A DNA stretch of 64,000 nt from Thermoplasmata archaeon (GTDB taxonomy: Archaea; Thermoplasmatota; E2; DHVEG-1), in contig JADBLO010000065.1 of the NCBI GenBank assembly GCA_014894395.1, positions 3,840 through 67,839 on the forward strand. Direction: 5' to 3'. The notes under the pieces were generated by a model, which was not told where the DNA came from, made no database searches, and saw only the letters and a list, made by a program, of their open reading frames with translations. Below, in pieces: positions 18,076-28,233 of the stretch (position 1 is its first letter; each line of letters opens with the position of its first letter). Both the position numbers and the translations under genes were made by a program.

Positions 18076-18741
18076 TTACCTCCTCTTCTTATGTCGTTTC
18101 TTCCCAAACTCTTTTACCATCATAGTATACAAATTCTCAGTATTATATCCGGTGAGCGCACTGATAGGAATAACCGGATGTTGTGGAAACGCGGACTTCA
18201 AAGTGGCCGGGCTTGCGTTCTCCGCATCGATTTTGTTTGCTGCGATGAGAATGGGGAGATTCCGTGCCTCTAGGTTCCCAATGATGGTGACATTGACCTG
18301 GGTGAACGGGTCCTGTGTTGCATCCATGACGAGTACGACACCATCGATGTCGTCTAACCAGCGGATTGCTTCAATGACTCCCTCGGTTGCTTCTTTTGCT
18401 CGCATTCGCGAGGCATCCTTGTCCATCCCGTACATGTTCATGAATTCTTTAAAATCGATTTTTGTGGCAATCCCTGGTGTGTCCACAAGATCCATCGTCA
18501 ATGATGATCCACCGTTATTAATCCTGATGTTGTTCTTCCATTTCGCCCGTCGTGTCTCATGAGGAACTTCAGAAACACTTCCCATGATGTCCCCTGTCCA
18601 ATCCCGCAGAATTCGATTTGCAAGCGTGGTTTTTCCGACATTCGGCGGGCCATAGATTCCAATCTTGGCGTGGCTCTTGCCAAAAACCTTTTTGATCATC
18701 TTTGAAAACTTACTTTCTCTGAATCTCTCGAGTATTCCCAT
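18076..18741 (-). CDS. oapA: OapA Era-like GTP-binding protein
   Basis: IGIYGPPNVGKTTLANRI, PHETR, DTPG, QDPFTQVN, NKID, ISAL. Confidence 0.92.
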   Translation of the reverse strand: MGILERFRESKFSKMIKKVFGKSHAKIGIYGPPNVGKTTLANRILRDWTGDIMGSVSEVPHETRRAKWKNNIRINNGGSSLTMDLVDTPGIATKIDFKEFMNMYGMDKDASRMRAKEATEGVIEAIRWLDDIDGVVLVMDATQDPFTQVNVTIIGNLEARNLPILIAANKIDAENASPATLKSAFPQHPVIPISALTGYNTENLYTMMVKEFGKKRHKKRR

Positions 18742-18914
18742 CCCATTCCATCTCCAAATCGTATAGGTATTTCCATTAAATAGTATACAAATTATAGTTT
18801 ATTAGTTTAGCGGCTCATGTTTGTATCGCATGAACCACAATAAAATAATAACCCTTAAATAGCCACAACATTATTCGCATGATGGAGAATTAATTTCATG
18901 GGACGGCATGATTT

Positions 18915-19871
18915 ATGACTGAAGAAAAAGTAGGTGGTATAAGCATGAAAGGAACAACAGACTCATTTATGGAACGACTGCAGGAAGCATCAACTGAACT
19001 TGGTTCTATTAAAAGTTCGTTTTCTAAAGGCATGGATGATCTTGCAAAGATTCAAAGTATGCTGAGTCTCGACGGATTGAATAAAATGGATTCTATGATT
19101 CGCTCGTTTGAAGACCGCCTTTCTGAAGCTGAACGACGACGGGAAGAAGCAGTAGAGGGAGCCCGACGGTACAGTGTGGAGCTTGAAAAAGAAAAAGACC
19201 GACTAGTGAAGCTCTGGGATGCCTATAAAAACCAGGAAGAATCATTGTCTGCACAGGAGAAACACGTCGCAGAACTGGACGAGAGATTACGGGATACTGA
19301 GCAGGTCCGCATGCAGTTTGAACGAGATGCAACCGCACGGATACAAACTCTAACGCAGAGGTTAGAGGAACGAGAGCAGGCGATCCAGCAATTAGATGAT
19401 CTGAGACAGCAAGTGATGAGGTTCGATACCATCAGAACCCAACTGGAAACAAGTACGGACCGTATGCGCGGGGACCTCACGGTAAAAGACGACATCATCA
19501 GAACACTGGAAAAGCAAGTTGAGCAGCTGCGCGGATTTGAACAGTTCGCAGATTTCAAGACGAAGTTTGAAGAGGTCTCTACGGAGTTCGAGAAAGAAAA
19601 AGAACGACTCACGAAGTTATTCCGTTTATACGAAGAGACCGAATCGGAGAACAAGATGGTAAAAGAGGAACTCCGAGAATGGCAGAACTGGTTTGACTCC
19701 AATGATGAACTCTTTACAAAACTGTTTATCTCAGTGGAACACCTGAAACACCGCAACACCGTGTCGCCCTCTGAAACCACGGTTGATGAGGAGATTGAAA
19801 TCCCACCGTCTCTTGAGGAGCGACAAGAACCAGCTGAGAAGCCAAGGCGAAAACTCCGGTTCAGAAAATAA
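18915..19871 (+). CDS. Long coiled-coil protein of unknown function
   Basis: E/K/R/Q/L-rich heptad composition over ~250 aa, acidic linker and basic tail RRKLRFRK. Confidence 0.8.
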   Translation: MTEEKVGGISMKGTTDSFMERLQEASTELGSIKSSFSKGMDDLAKIQSMLSLDGLNKMDSMIRSFEDRLSEAERRREEAVEGARRYSVELEKEKDRLVKLWDAYKNQEESLSAQEKHVAELDERLRDTEQVRMQFERDATARIQTLTQRLEEREQAIQQLDDLRQQVMRFDTIRTQLETSTDRMRGDLTVKDDIIRTLEKQVEQLRGFEQFADFKTKFEEVSTEFEKEKERLTKLFRLYEETESENKMVKEELREWQNWFDSNDELFTKLFISVEHLKHRNTVSPSETTVDEEIEIPPSLEERQEPAEKPRRKLRFRK

Positions 19872-19896
19872 AAAACCATCATTTTTTTTCTTTTTT

Positions 19897-22002
19897 TTAT
19901 TCTATTTTTATCGTACTAATTCCACTTTCATCTTCTGACACTGTTATCGTATGTTCAGTGAAATGTTTGATATCTTCGACATGGGTGATTAAGAAGATCT
20001 GTCGGAATTTTGAGGAAAAACTATTTAGTGCTTTAATGATGTTTTGTTTTCGTATCTGATCCTGTGAACCAAAGATTTCATCCAGGATAATGAATTGAAA
20101 GACGCTGCCTGCACGTTCGGTAATGATCTCTGAGATAGCAAGCCGTATGCAGAGGTTTGCCAGGTCTTCTTCCCCGCCTGAGAACCGTTCAATCGTGTAT
20201 GGTAACCCACGGTCGTACACCAGGAGGTTGTAGTCTTCATCCAGCTCGATTTGTGAGTATTTCCCGTCGGTGAGCTCATCAAAGAGTTCTGATGCATGTG
20301 ATGAAAGGGTTGGTCGGATCTGAGAGATAAGGTATGTCCGGTAGGAATCCATGACCTCGGACAACATGCTGAGGCGTTGTGCGTCGTTTCGTTCGCTTTC
20401 TAGTTTTTTAACAAGTCTTTGTTGTTCTTCAATATTTTTTTCGAAGGTTTTTATCTGCTGACCGATCAGGTTTTTTTTCCCTTCTTGTTCTTTCTGTTCT
20501 ACCGTTATCTCTTGATGTTTCTCTTTGATATTATCAAGTTTCGACAATGCCTCTTGATAGACTCTATAGGTTTCGCTGACACGAATTCGTATCGGTCTGT
20601 ACTGTTTTTCGTCAAACTCGACGGCGCCGATTGCTTTGATTTCTTTTTTCTTGTTTTCCAGCTCTCGTTTTTCTCGCAAAATTTCTTCAGTAGCGTGGCG
20701 AAGGGTGATCTGGAGTTTTTCTCGTTCAACGACTTGACTGCGGAGGTACATGCTTTTCTTCTGCAACGCTTGTTTTTCCCGAGAGAGTCGATCATATTCT
20801 GTATCCAGTTTTTTTCCATCCTCGGTCAATTTCTGTGCTTCATGATTTTTTTTTGTGAGTTCTTCTGTATATGAGGTAAGAAGTTTTTTTTGCTGTTCGC
20901 CTAATACGCGTTCGCAGGTCGGGCATTTCGCCTGTGGTCCCATTTTTTCGATATAGTGTTTTTTTGTTGTTAATTCTTTGATATCGTTTCTTAGTCGGTG
21001 CAATAGAGTTGTATTCTGCTCTTGTTTCTTCACTGCGGTCTGGATGACGTTACTACTTTTCTCCTGCTGTTGTTCAAAGGTTTGAAGATCTTCTTCAAGG
21101 TTCTTAAATACAGTGAGTTTCTCTTTTTGTTTTTCAAGGATTTCTTGTCGTTCGTTTGTTGTTTTTTCCAATGTTTTGATGTCGTTTTCTAAGCGTTGTT
21201 TTTTTTCGAATCTGCTTTTTTTTCCCTCGAGTTGTTCTTTGGTCATGCAGAGTTTTTCGTATAAAAGCTTTTTTGTTTCGCAGTCTTTTTTTGTTTTGGA
21301 AAGTTCCTCTTCAATTTTTTGATGTTGTTTTTTCTGTTCTTCAATACGCTGAGCTAGTTCTTTTTGTTTTTTTTGTTGGTTTTGTATCTCTTGTTTGTAT
21401 ACGGTTATTTTGTCTTGGCCATGTTCATCGACAAGGTCATTACCTAGTTTCTCAACAAGATTTTTCTTCTCTTTTGTGTCTGATCGGATCGCACTGATGA
21501 TGTCGTCGACTGCGTTGATCCCCAGCATTCGGAGGATGAGTTGTCGTCGTTCACTGGGGTTCATGGATGATAAGGTGTTCAGCTCTTTTTGTTTCGCGAA
21601 AATCGAGGTGTAGAATGATTTCCAGTCCATCCCTAGTTTCTTTTGGATATACTTACTGAGGACTTCTGCACCATTTGCTGCTAACTTCCCGTTTACGGTC
21701 GCACTCCCTGATGCTGACAGGTTTTTTCCGCTCATCTCTCGGACAACATGGTAGGTGTCATCATCGAAGATGAACTCAAGTTCAACCCGACACGGATCAG
21801 ATGGTGCTGCGCCTTCTCGTTTGATCTGGTCTGTGGAGGTTCGCGCTGCCACAGGGCCATAGAGTGTCCATGCGACCGCTTCAAACACGGTTGATTTTCC
21901 TACGCCGTTTAATCCGACGACACCGGTGACTCCATCAGGGAATTCGATGTAACATTCTTTGAATTTCCGGAAGTTTTTCAGACGGATTGATTTGAGTATC
22001 AT
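19897..22002 (-). CDS. rad50: Rad50/SbcC-family ATPase
   Basis: Walker A GLNGVGKST, zinc hook CPTC, signature FSGGE, LDEIFGSQD, ITH. Confidence 0.9.
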   Translation of the reverse strand: MILKSIRLKNFRKFKECYIEFPDGVTGVVGLNGVGKSTVFEAVAWTLYGPVAARTSTDQIKREGAAPSDPCRVELEFIFDDDTYHVVREMSGKNLSASGSATVNGKLAANGAEVLSKYIQKKLGMDWKSFYTSIFAKQKELNTLSSMNPSERRQLILRMLGINAVDDIISAIRSDTKEKKNLVEKLGNDLVDEHGQDKITVYKQEIQNQQKKQKELAQRIEEQKKQHQKIEEELSKTKKDCETKKLLYEKLCMTKEQLEGKKSRFEKKQRLENDIKTLEKTTNERQEILEKQKEKLTVFKNLEEDLQTFEQQQEKSSNVIQTAVKKQEQNTTLLHRLRNDIKELTTKKHYIEKMGPQAKCPTCERVLGEQQKKLLTSYTEELTKKNHEAQKLTEDGKKLDTEYDRLSREKQALQKKSMYLRSQVVEREKLQITLRHATEEILREKRELENKKKEIKAIGAVEFDEKQYRPIRIRVSETYRVYQEALSKLDNIKEKHQEITVEQKEQEGKKNLIGQQIKTFEKNIEEQQRLVKKLESERNDAQRLSMLSEVMDSYRTYLISQIRPTLSSHASELFDELTDGKYSQIELDEDYNLLVYDRGLPYTIERFSGGEEDLANLCIRLAISEIITERAGSVFQFIILDEIFGSQDQIRKQNIIKALNSFSSKFRQIFLITHVEDIKHFTEHTITVSEDESGISTIKIE

Positions 22003-23135
22003 GGTTTTTTCTCTTGTTCTTCTATTTTATGGATGTAGTGTAACCCAAGGTTGAAGAGTATTTTTTTTTCCTGGTATTGTTGGATATCGAGAAATTTCTC
22101 AAACTCGTCTGCCAGTGATTTCATCTTGTAATCTTTGCTCAGCGCTGCCTCACCGGTTTTGATGGTTGTAGATTTAATCTCAAAATGTACAGCGGTTTTC
22201 CCAAGGTCTCGTATCTGATGAAAATCGATTCCTCGTTGGATGTGCGAGGGGACGTTCTCAAGACAGACGCGTATGATTTTATCTTTTGGATCAATAGCTT
22301 GGATGGTTTCTTTTACCTTCTGTACGATCTGTTCAATACGGAGTGTCGAACAATCGAGTGAAGGTGCGCCAACCATAATCCTAGTTTTTAGAGGAATGAA
22401 CCGGTGTTTGAGTTTTTGTCCGAGGTCAATTTCAAGGCATCCTTTCTGGGAGTCTGCCTCGGTAAAGCTCAGATGCTCTGTTGATCCTGCGTAAAACGCG
22501 TTCTCCTGTAGTTTTGTGTACATATGGTAGTGCCCAAGTGCGATGTAATCAAAATCCTCCTGGAGGTTTTTCACGGGGATGAACAGCTCGTTGAACTCGT
22601 TCATTTTGAATTCTTTTATCCCTGCGACTGCACCATGCGCCATGAGTACGTTGAAATCAGCTTTCTTGCCTCGTGTAATTTTTTTGAGATTGGTCTCAAA
22701 TTCTTTAGGGCTTTGACACTGAGGAATCGCATGGACCATGACCGTTTCATCCTTGTTTTTTAATGAGACAGTTTCGTAATGATTGTTATGAATAGGGTAG
22801 ACATGATCAAGATGCTCGAAGATAGAGAAAATATTTCCTGTTTCTTTGAGCTTGGGTGTCTCATGATTCCCAGAGATGACGATGAACGGGATGTTTTCTT
22901 TTGACAATCGCAGAATCTGTTGTACGGCAACCGTTATCGCCCGATTTGTTGGTCGAACTGAATCAAACAGGTCACCCGCATGGAGCACAAGATCAGGTTT
23001 GCTTTTCACGGCGTAGTCGATGCACTGGGTGAACGCATCATACACGTCTATCTCCCGTTGGTTCACACCTTCTTCTGTTACTTTCCGGTATGCAGAATAA
23101 CCAAGATGGGTATCAGCGAGATGTAAAACCTTCAT
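21999..23135 (-). CDS. mre11: Mre11/SbcD nuclease
   Basis: DTHLG, GDLFD, GNHE, AHG, LGHYH, YAGS. 4-nt overlap with rad50. Confidence 0.9.
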   Translation of the reverse strand: MKVLHLADTHLGYSAYRKVTEEGVNQREIDVYDAFTQCIDYAVKSKPDLVLHAGDLFDSVRPTNRAITVAVQQILRLSKENIPFIVISGNHETPKLKETGNIFSIFEHLDHVYPIHNNHYETVSLKNKDETVMVHAIPQCQSPKEFETNLKKITRGKKADFNVLMAHGAVAGIKEFKMNEFNELFIPVKNLQEDFDYIALGHYHMYTKLQENAFYAGSTEHLSFTEADSQKGCLEIDLGQKLKHRFIPLKTRIMVGAPSLDCSTLRIEQIVQKVKETIQAIDPKDKIIRVCLENVPSHIQRGIDFHQIRDLGKTAVHFEIKSTTIKTGEAALSKDYKMKSLADEFEKFLDIQQYQEKKILFNLGLHYIHKIEEQEKKP

Positions 23136-23137
23136 TC

Positions 23138-24523
23138 TTACCTTCTTTTTCGTGCGAGTTTCAGAGCAACAACATCGCAGGCAAGCGTAACTGCATCGAG
23201 GGTTGGTGCGATGGGTGGTGCGTACGCTGTCTCTAGTTTTCGAAACTCTTCAATTGGTGTTTTGCTCAGGATAGCGCAGGCAAATGTGTTGATCCGTTGT
23301 GCAGCGTTACTGCCCACCGCTTGAGCAGAAAGAATATGTCCGGTTTCTTCATGTACACCGACTTTGATGATAATGGGTTCTCCGCCAGGGAAGTAGTCTG
23401 GCCGGGAGGAGCCTTTATATTTACCCGTGACAAGCGGGAGAGTTTTCATACCCTGTTTGACCGGGCCCACTGCTGCGATCTCTATATCAAAAAACTCCGA
23501 TGTTCTGGATAAGAGCACACCAGATGGTAACGAATAGAGGCTACCCGCAGCATTGATTCCAGCGGCAATACCTTGTCGTACCACAACGCTCCCAAGTCCG
23601 ATGCCGAGAGGTTCGTTGGTCACAAAATCAATATATTCAGTACAATCACCGACTGCGTAGACGTTTTTCACTGAGGTCTCTGATTTTTCATTGACTTGTA
23701 TGCCACCAGTTTTTCCAATAGTACAGCCGATGGTTTTTGCAAGTGACGTTTCTGGTTTTGTCCCTGTTGCGATGATGAGAAGATCTGTTTCGATTTTCTT
23801 TTCCTCCCCAGTTGGAGTATCTTTGATGACGAGTGAGGTGATGACGCCCTGGTGTTCTTCTGTCCGTATCGCGAGATGATTCGTATAAACCGAAATCTTC
23901 TCTTCTAATATCTGCAGCACTGGTTCGCTCATGTCATCATCCAAGGTATTGGCAAGAATGGCGGGAAGTGCTTCAACAACCGTGACCTTCATGCCTTTCT
24001 TATGAAGCGTATCTGCCATCTCAAGTCCGATGAGTCCTGCGCCAATGATTGTTGCTTTTTTTCCTTTTTTTATCTGAGCAAGAATTTTCTTTCCATCGTC
24101 GATTGTCCGAAGGACATGAACACCTTGAAGTAGTTGTCCGTTTTTCTGGATGTTTTGGATAGGGGGAACCCATGGTTTTGCTCCTGTTGCAAAAATAAGG
24201 CTATCGAATTCCTTTTCAATACGGGCGGTCCCTTTTTTTGCTAGCACTGTTCGTTGTTGGATGTTGATTTCTTCTACGGTTGTTTCAAGATGTACATCGA
24301 TGTGTTCTTTTTTGAACCAGTCTTCAGAAAATTCGATGAGGTTGAGAAACTCTGGGATTGTTCCTGCGATTGCGTACGGCAACCCGCATTTTGAATATTG
24401 TGGGTATTTCCCTTTTTCAAACACGGTTATGGATGCGGTTCGGTCTGTTTTTCGTGCGAATTGCGCGGTGGTCCCACCACCTGCGCCACAGCCGATGATA
24501 ATGATTCGTCGTGCTTTGGTCAT
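23138..24523 (-). CDS. NADH oxidase / CoA-disulfide reductase family flavoprotein
   Basis: GCGAGG, single redox Cys YSKCGLPY, ATG, GAGLIGLE, GDC, YAPP. Confidence 0.88.
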   Translation of the reverse strand: MTKARRIIIIGCGAGGGTTAQFARKTDRTASITVFEKGKYPQYSKCGLPYAIAGTIPEFLNLIEFSEDWFKKEHIDVHLETTVEEINIQQRTVLAKKGTARIEKEFDSLIFATGAKPWVPPIQNIQKNGQLLQGVHVLRTIDDGKKILAQIKKGKKATIIGAGLIGLEMADTLHKKGMKVTVVEALPAILANTLDDDMSEPVLQILEEKISVYTNHLAIRTEEHQGVITSLVIKDTPTGEEKKIETDLLIIATGTKPETSLAKTIGCTIGKTGGIQVNEKSETSVKNVYAVGDCTEYIDFVTNEPLGIGLGSVVVRQGIAAGINAAGSLYSLPSGVLLSRTSEFFDIEIAAVGPVKQGMKTLPLVTGKYKGSSRPDYFPGGEPIIIKVGVHEETGHILSAQAVGSNAAQRINTFACAILSKTPIEEFRKLETAYAPPIAPTLDAVTLACDVVALKLARKRR

Positions 24524-24610
24524 TGAAAATCCCCATCCAACTAACTGAGATGTTTTTTTAAACGTTTTTAATAAAGATGACGTCATCTAGAAAAGAGGTT
24601 CCTACCATGA

Positions 24611-26368
24611 TTATACTTTTGTTACTCCTTTGATGACTGTATTACAGGAATCGAATGTATGATGAAGAATGGCAAATCCCGTGGTGTACTCCCCTGATTT
24701 AAAATATTGATCTGCCGCAGTATATTCTTGTTCATACTCAGTGCAATTTCTTCCTTGAATAGCTGCTGTTTCAATCCTGGATTTACAGGTACTGAGTGCG
24801 ATCTTTCCTATGGTGGAAATTGAAGCTTCTGTTCCTGAGATATTTTTGAGAACCGACACCGTTTGTTGCATCCTTTGAAGAGAGAGGGTGTAGTTTTCCA
24901 TCCAGATGTTTTCGATGATTCCTCGTGAGGCATTTGGTGCGCCTAGCCAGAGTTGTTCGGTGAGAAACGCCTGTTCTTGCATGCCTCGGTCCAGAGCGGT
25001 CAGAAATGGGGTGATGTCTGAAGCATTATGGATCATTTGGTGTGCGAGTATTTCGTTTCCCTCGTTCTCTGAAAGGAAGACGTTTTCGACGTTTTGGCAG
25101 AGAGATGTTAATGTTCCATGACCATAAAGGTGAAGGAGCTCTAAGGATAGTGCTGCTGCTTCTCCGGTTTGGTACGGGTCGTAGAAATCGTTGTCGCAGA
25201 TATGAACCGGAACATAAATCGAGGAGCATGGATGGTTTGCAGCAAACCATCCGCTACTTAAGAGATTGGCGTGTTCATTTGGTATTTTGTATATCATTGC
25301 TGCTTCGTAGGTGGAAGTGTCTTCACAGAGCGGTCGGAGTCCATCAAGATCTGTTGCGTGAAGCCGCGAATAGCTTATCATATTATTAACAGAGATACAG
25401 CCGCTCATGGGTCGGATGTGTGCCTGGAGTTCTTTTTCCCAGGCGTGCACCGCGGTACAGACTATTATCTTTGCTGTATTTCCGTTGATGTCCAGGAGTT
25501 TGACGCTATAGGGTCCAACGGTGGCGCGTTCTCCCAGATGGATTGTTGCTTCCTTGTTCAGTCCATGGGAAAGAAAGACAAACGTTGGAACCGCTTGTAC
25601 GGTGATGGAGAATTGATTCGTTTGAATGATTTTCACCCCGCAGATTGATGAAAGGTGGACAATGCTACCGTGTCGTACCCATGTTTCTTTCTCTGTATCA
25701 AACGAAGACGCAATCGGTAGTGATTTGAAGAGTTGTGTCCGCCAGAGGTCTTTTGGGTAGTTGGACATGACGAGGATATCGGTAACATCTTTGATTGTAT
25801 GATGCACGGCATCTGCTTCAATGACGACTGCTCGTTGTGGGCCGACTAAAAACAGGTTCTCGGAAACCCCTGTAGCATGAAGCTGATCAATTACCTCGGT
25901 GGTCAGTAGTTTGATTGCTTCGTCTTCGTTGTCTGCTGTTTGACAGGCGTATCTGATCCAATCAAAGTCATCCCAGGCATTTCTGGTCGGGTTTTTCCAG
26001 TTTGAGAGCGTGTCTGCATCGCCAAAGGCAAGCCCCGCGTCAGTAAGGACCATGCCTGCTTTGACGATGTTCGGAAGCGTGTCTCCTTGTGTTGCGACAC
26101 CGAAAAATGTATGCGTGACGATAAAATCCCAGGGTTTCCCGGTCCACGGGTGATAATAGGTGTATTGCGTTCCTTTTGGAACACGACAGAGTACTTGCAG
26201 ACCTGGTCTACTCGGGTCTCGAACCTTTAACAGAAGACTGTAATTCCCTGCGGTTGCTGGAGGTGTTATCACAATGTCTTTGCAGCTTTTTCCTATGGGA
26301 AAAATGAGTATGGATGTGAGCAGGAGAACGATGAATAAAAATGGTGGTATTTTCCGGTATCGTCTCAT
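24611..26368 (-). CDS. Secreted Ntn-hydrolase-like protein (C45/C69 peptidase-like)
   Basis: Signal peptide ending GKS followed by Cys (CKDIV), LKVRD, SENL, C-terminal P.SSIYVP. Confidence 0.6.
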   Translation of the reverse strand: MRRYRKIPPFLFIVLLLTSILIFPIGKSCKDIVITPPATAGNYSLLLKVRDPSRPGLQVLCRVPKGTQYTYYHPWTGKPWDFIVTHTFFGVATQGDTLPNIVKAGMVLTDAGLAFGDADTLSNWKNPTRNAWDDFDWIRYACQTADNEDEAIKLLTTEVIDQLHATGVSENLFLVGPQRAVVIEADAVHHTIKDVTDILVMSNYPKDLWRTQLFKSLPIASSFDTEKETWVRHGSIVHLSSICGVKIIQTNQFSITVQAVPTFVFLSHGLNKEATIHLGERATVGPYSVKLLDINGNTAKIIVCTAVHAWEKELQAHIRPMSGCISVNNMISYSRLHATDLDGLRPLCEDTSTYEAAMIYKIPNEHANLLSSGWFAANHPCSSIYVPVHICDNDFYDPYQTGEAAALSLELLHLYGHGTLTSLCQNVENVFLSENEGNEILAHQMIHNASDITPFLTALDRGMQEQAFLTEQLWLGAPNASRGIIENIWMENYTLSLQRMQQTVSVLKNISGTEASISTIGKIALSTCKSRIETAAIQGRNCTEYEQEYTAADQYFKSGEYTTGFAILHHTFDSCNTVIKGVTKV

Positions 26369-26420
26369 ATAAGAATAAAATATAAGAAGAAATATATAAA
26401 AGTATGCTCCGGGTGGTTGT

Positions 26421-27311
26421 TTATTCAGGAGGTACTTCTTTCTTCTTCTTCGTCTTTTTCGCGGTGGTTTTCTTCTTGGTCGTTGTCTTTGCCTTGGTTT
26501 TCTTCTTGGGTTTCTCAGCTTTCTCTGTTTCTTCAGCGGGAAGTTCCTCTTCAGCAGGTGCTTCTTTTTCTTCCTTTGGTAACTCTTCTTCTGCTGGCTT
26601 TTCTTCAGTGATTTCTTCTTCAGATGGTACTTCTGACTCTTCTTTTATTGGTTCTTTGGGTTCTACCGGTTTTTCTTCTTTTTTCTCTGCTGGTTTTTCG
26701 TCTTCAATGATGACCGTTGGTAATCGCATAATTTCTGTTTTATTAATCTCAATGCGTTTTACTGGGTAGTAGACTTTGCAGTTCTTGTAAATCTCGCTGC
26801 CGATTTTTCCGTCGAGGCAGTCTTTGATGAAGGCGTTGAGGGTTTTTGTTTTGCCTTCTTTGCTGATGACCACTTTCATCACGTTTCTGATGAGTTTTTT
26901 CTGTGAGGTTTGGATTCGTTTCTCTGCTATTGCAAAGGGTTTTACTCGCAGAAGCGCGCCGTCTCTGGTTTCAACGTCGAACACACCGTCGACGCGGGAT
27001 TTTCGTCTTCTGGTCATCCGTCGGAGGTAATCTGAGGTGAGCACATGACCTTTGAGTTGTGTGTGGGCCGTGTTTTGTTCCACTTTATCGACGGTGAAAA
27101 GGAGTTTAATGTGGGATTTTCGAAAATCGTTGGTGAGGTCTTGCAGGGAGACTTCCGTAACTCTACCGATAAGGCTGTTTGGAGACTCTGCTAAGGTCTC
27201 AGCAACTGGAACGTTATTAAATAACGATGGTGCGAGTATCTGGTACCAGTTTTTTGCTTTCCATCGGTCTTTGACTTTTCTTGAGGTCGTCCGTGCACGT
27301 GCTTTGGCCAT
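26421..27311 (-). CDS. rps3ae: 30S ribosomal protein S3Ae (eS1) with acidic then Lys/Thr-rich C-terminal extension
   Basis: KDRWKAKNWY.ILAP..F, GR..E..L.DLT.D, DYLRR..RRR.S, YP...EI.K. Confidence 0.95.
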   Translation of the reverse strand: MAKARARTTSRKVKDRWKAKNWYQILAPSLFNNVPVAETLAESPNSLIGRVTEVSLQDLTNDFRKSHIKLLFTVDKVEQNTAHTQLKGHVLTSDYLRRMTRRRKSRVDGVFDVETRDGALLRVKPFAIAEKRIQTSQKKLIRNVMKVVISKEGKTKTLNAFIKDCLDGKIGSEIYKNCKVYYPVKRIEINKTEIMRLPTVIIEDEKPAEKKEEKPVEPKEPIKEESEVPSEEEITEEKPAEEELPKEEKEAPAEEELPAEETEKAEKPKKKTKAKTTTKKKTTAKKTKKKKEVPPE

Positions 27312-27434
27312 ACGTATCACTTATACTTTATTATTTTTCTATGAAAGGATTTTTGGAGTAATAGAGTTATTCTATTTAAATGCTACTAGTGGCTGACCCT
27401 ATGAACAAACCCTGGAGTTATCGAGAAAAGATTT

Positions 27435-28232
27435 TTAAAAAGCATCCAAAATTTTTAGATTTCGTTCTTTTCCTCTCTTTCGTATCTCCTCTCTGATGTT
27501 CATATAATATTTTTTATTTTCAAACACATTTTTTGAGAAAACTCGAAAAACCTCTTTTTCCTGTTGTAATCCTTTCTGGATGTTCTCCCAGATCCCTGGT
27601 TTGAGACGGAGCATATCAATCCATATCTCTGTGGCACCCGACTCTCGAAAAGTATCAAGGATTGACGGGATTTCTTCTAATGAAGTCGTTGGATACACGG
27701 GACCAAAGAACACGCTGGTTCTCACCCCTGCATCAGCATAGGTTCGTAAGGCGTGTAATCGTTCTTGGATGGAGGAAGAATGCGGTTCAAGTGCCTTCCT
27801 TTGTTCATCATGTACTGTTGCGATACTCATCATCACTTGCGACTCAGAAAACCGTGAGACCAGATCAATGTCTCGTGTGACAAGGGCTGATTTCGTTTGA
27901 ATATGAATCGGGAAATCAACCTTCAAGAGTTGTTCGAGACAGTACCTCGTAAGCATATATTTCTGTTCTAGTGGTTGATAGGGATCAGTGACCGTTGAAA
28001 TACCAACGACACCTGGTTTTTTTGTTTTAAGCTCCTTTGCAAGAACCACCGGTATATTGGTTTTTACCTCGATTGTTGCATCCCACTGGTCTTGATTCAT
28101 CCGTAGCACGTTTGGAGCGTAACAATACGCGCAGTGATGTTGGCATCCTCTGTAGGGGTTCAGTGAATATGAGAGACCAGGTAACGAGGAAGGCGATAGC
28201 GCTGTTTTACACAACGTTTGTTTTACCTCCAT
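27435..28232 (-). CDS. Radical SAM protein, spore photoproduct lyase-like family
   Basis: NPYRGCQHHCAYCYA, TDPYQP.E, TKS.LV.RD, LEP. Confidence 0.88.
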   Translation of the reverse strand: MEVKQTLCKTALSPSSLPGLSYSLNPYRGCQHHCAYCYAPNVLRMNQDQWDATIEVKTNIPVVLAKELKTKKPGVVGISTVTDPYQPLEQKYMLTRYCLEQLLKVDFPIHIQTKSALVTRDIDLVSRFSESQVMMSIATVHDEQRKALEPHSSSIQERLHALRTYADAGVRTSVFFGPVYPTTSLEEIPSILDTFRESGATEIWIDMLRLKPGIWENIQKGLQQEKEVFRVFSKNVFENKKYYMNIREEIRKRGKERNLKILDAF

Positions 28233-28233
28233 G

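Noticed and set aside
18742-18914. Replication origin beside oapA
   Set aside because: Short intergenic region with no repeated ORB (TTCCAGTGGAAAC-like) boxes or G-strings and no cdc6.
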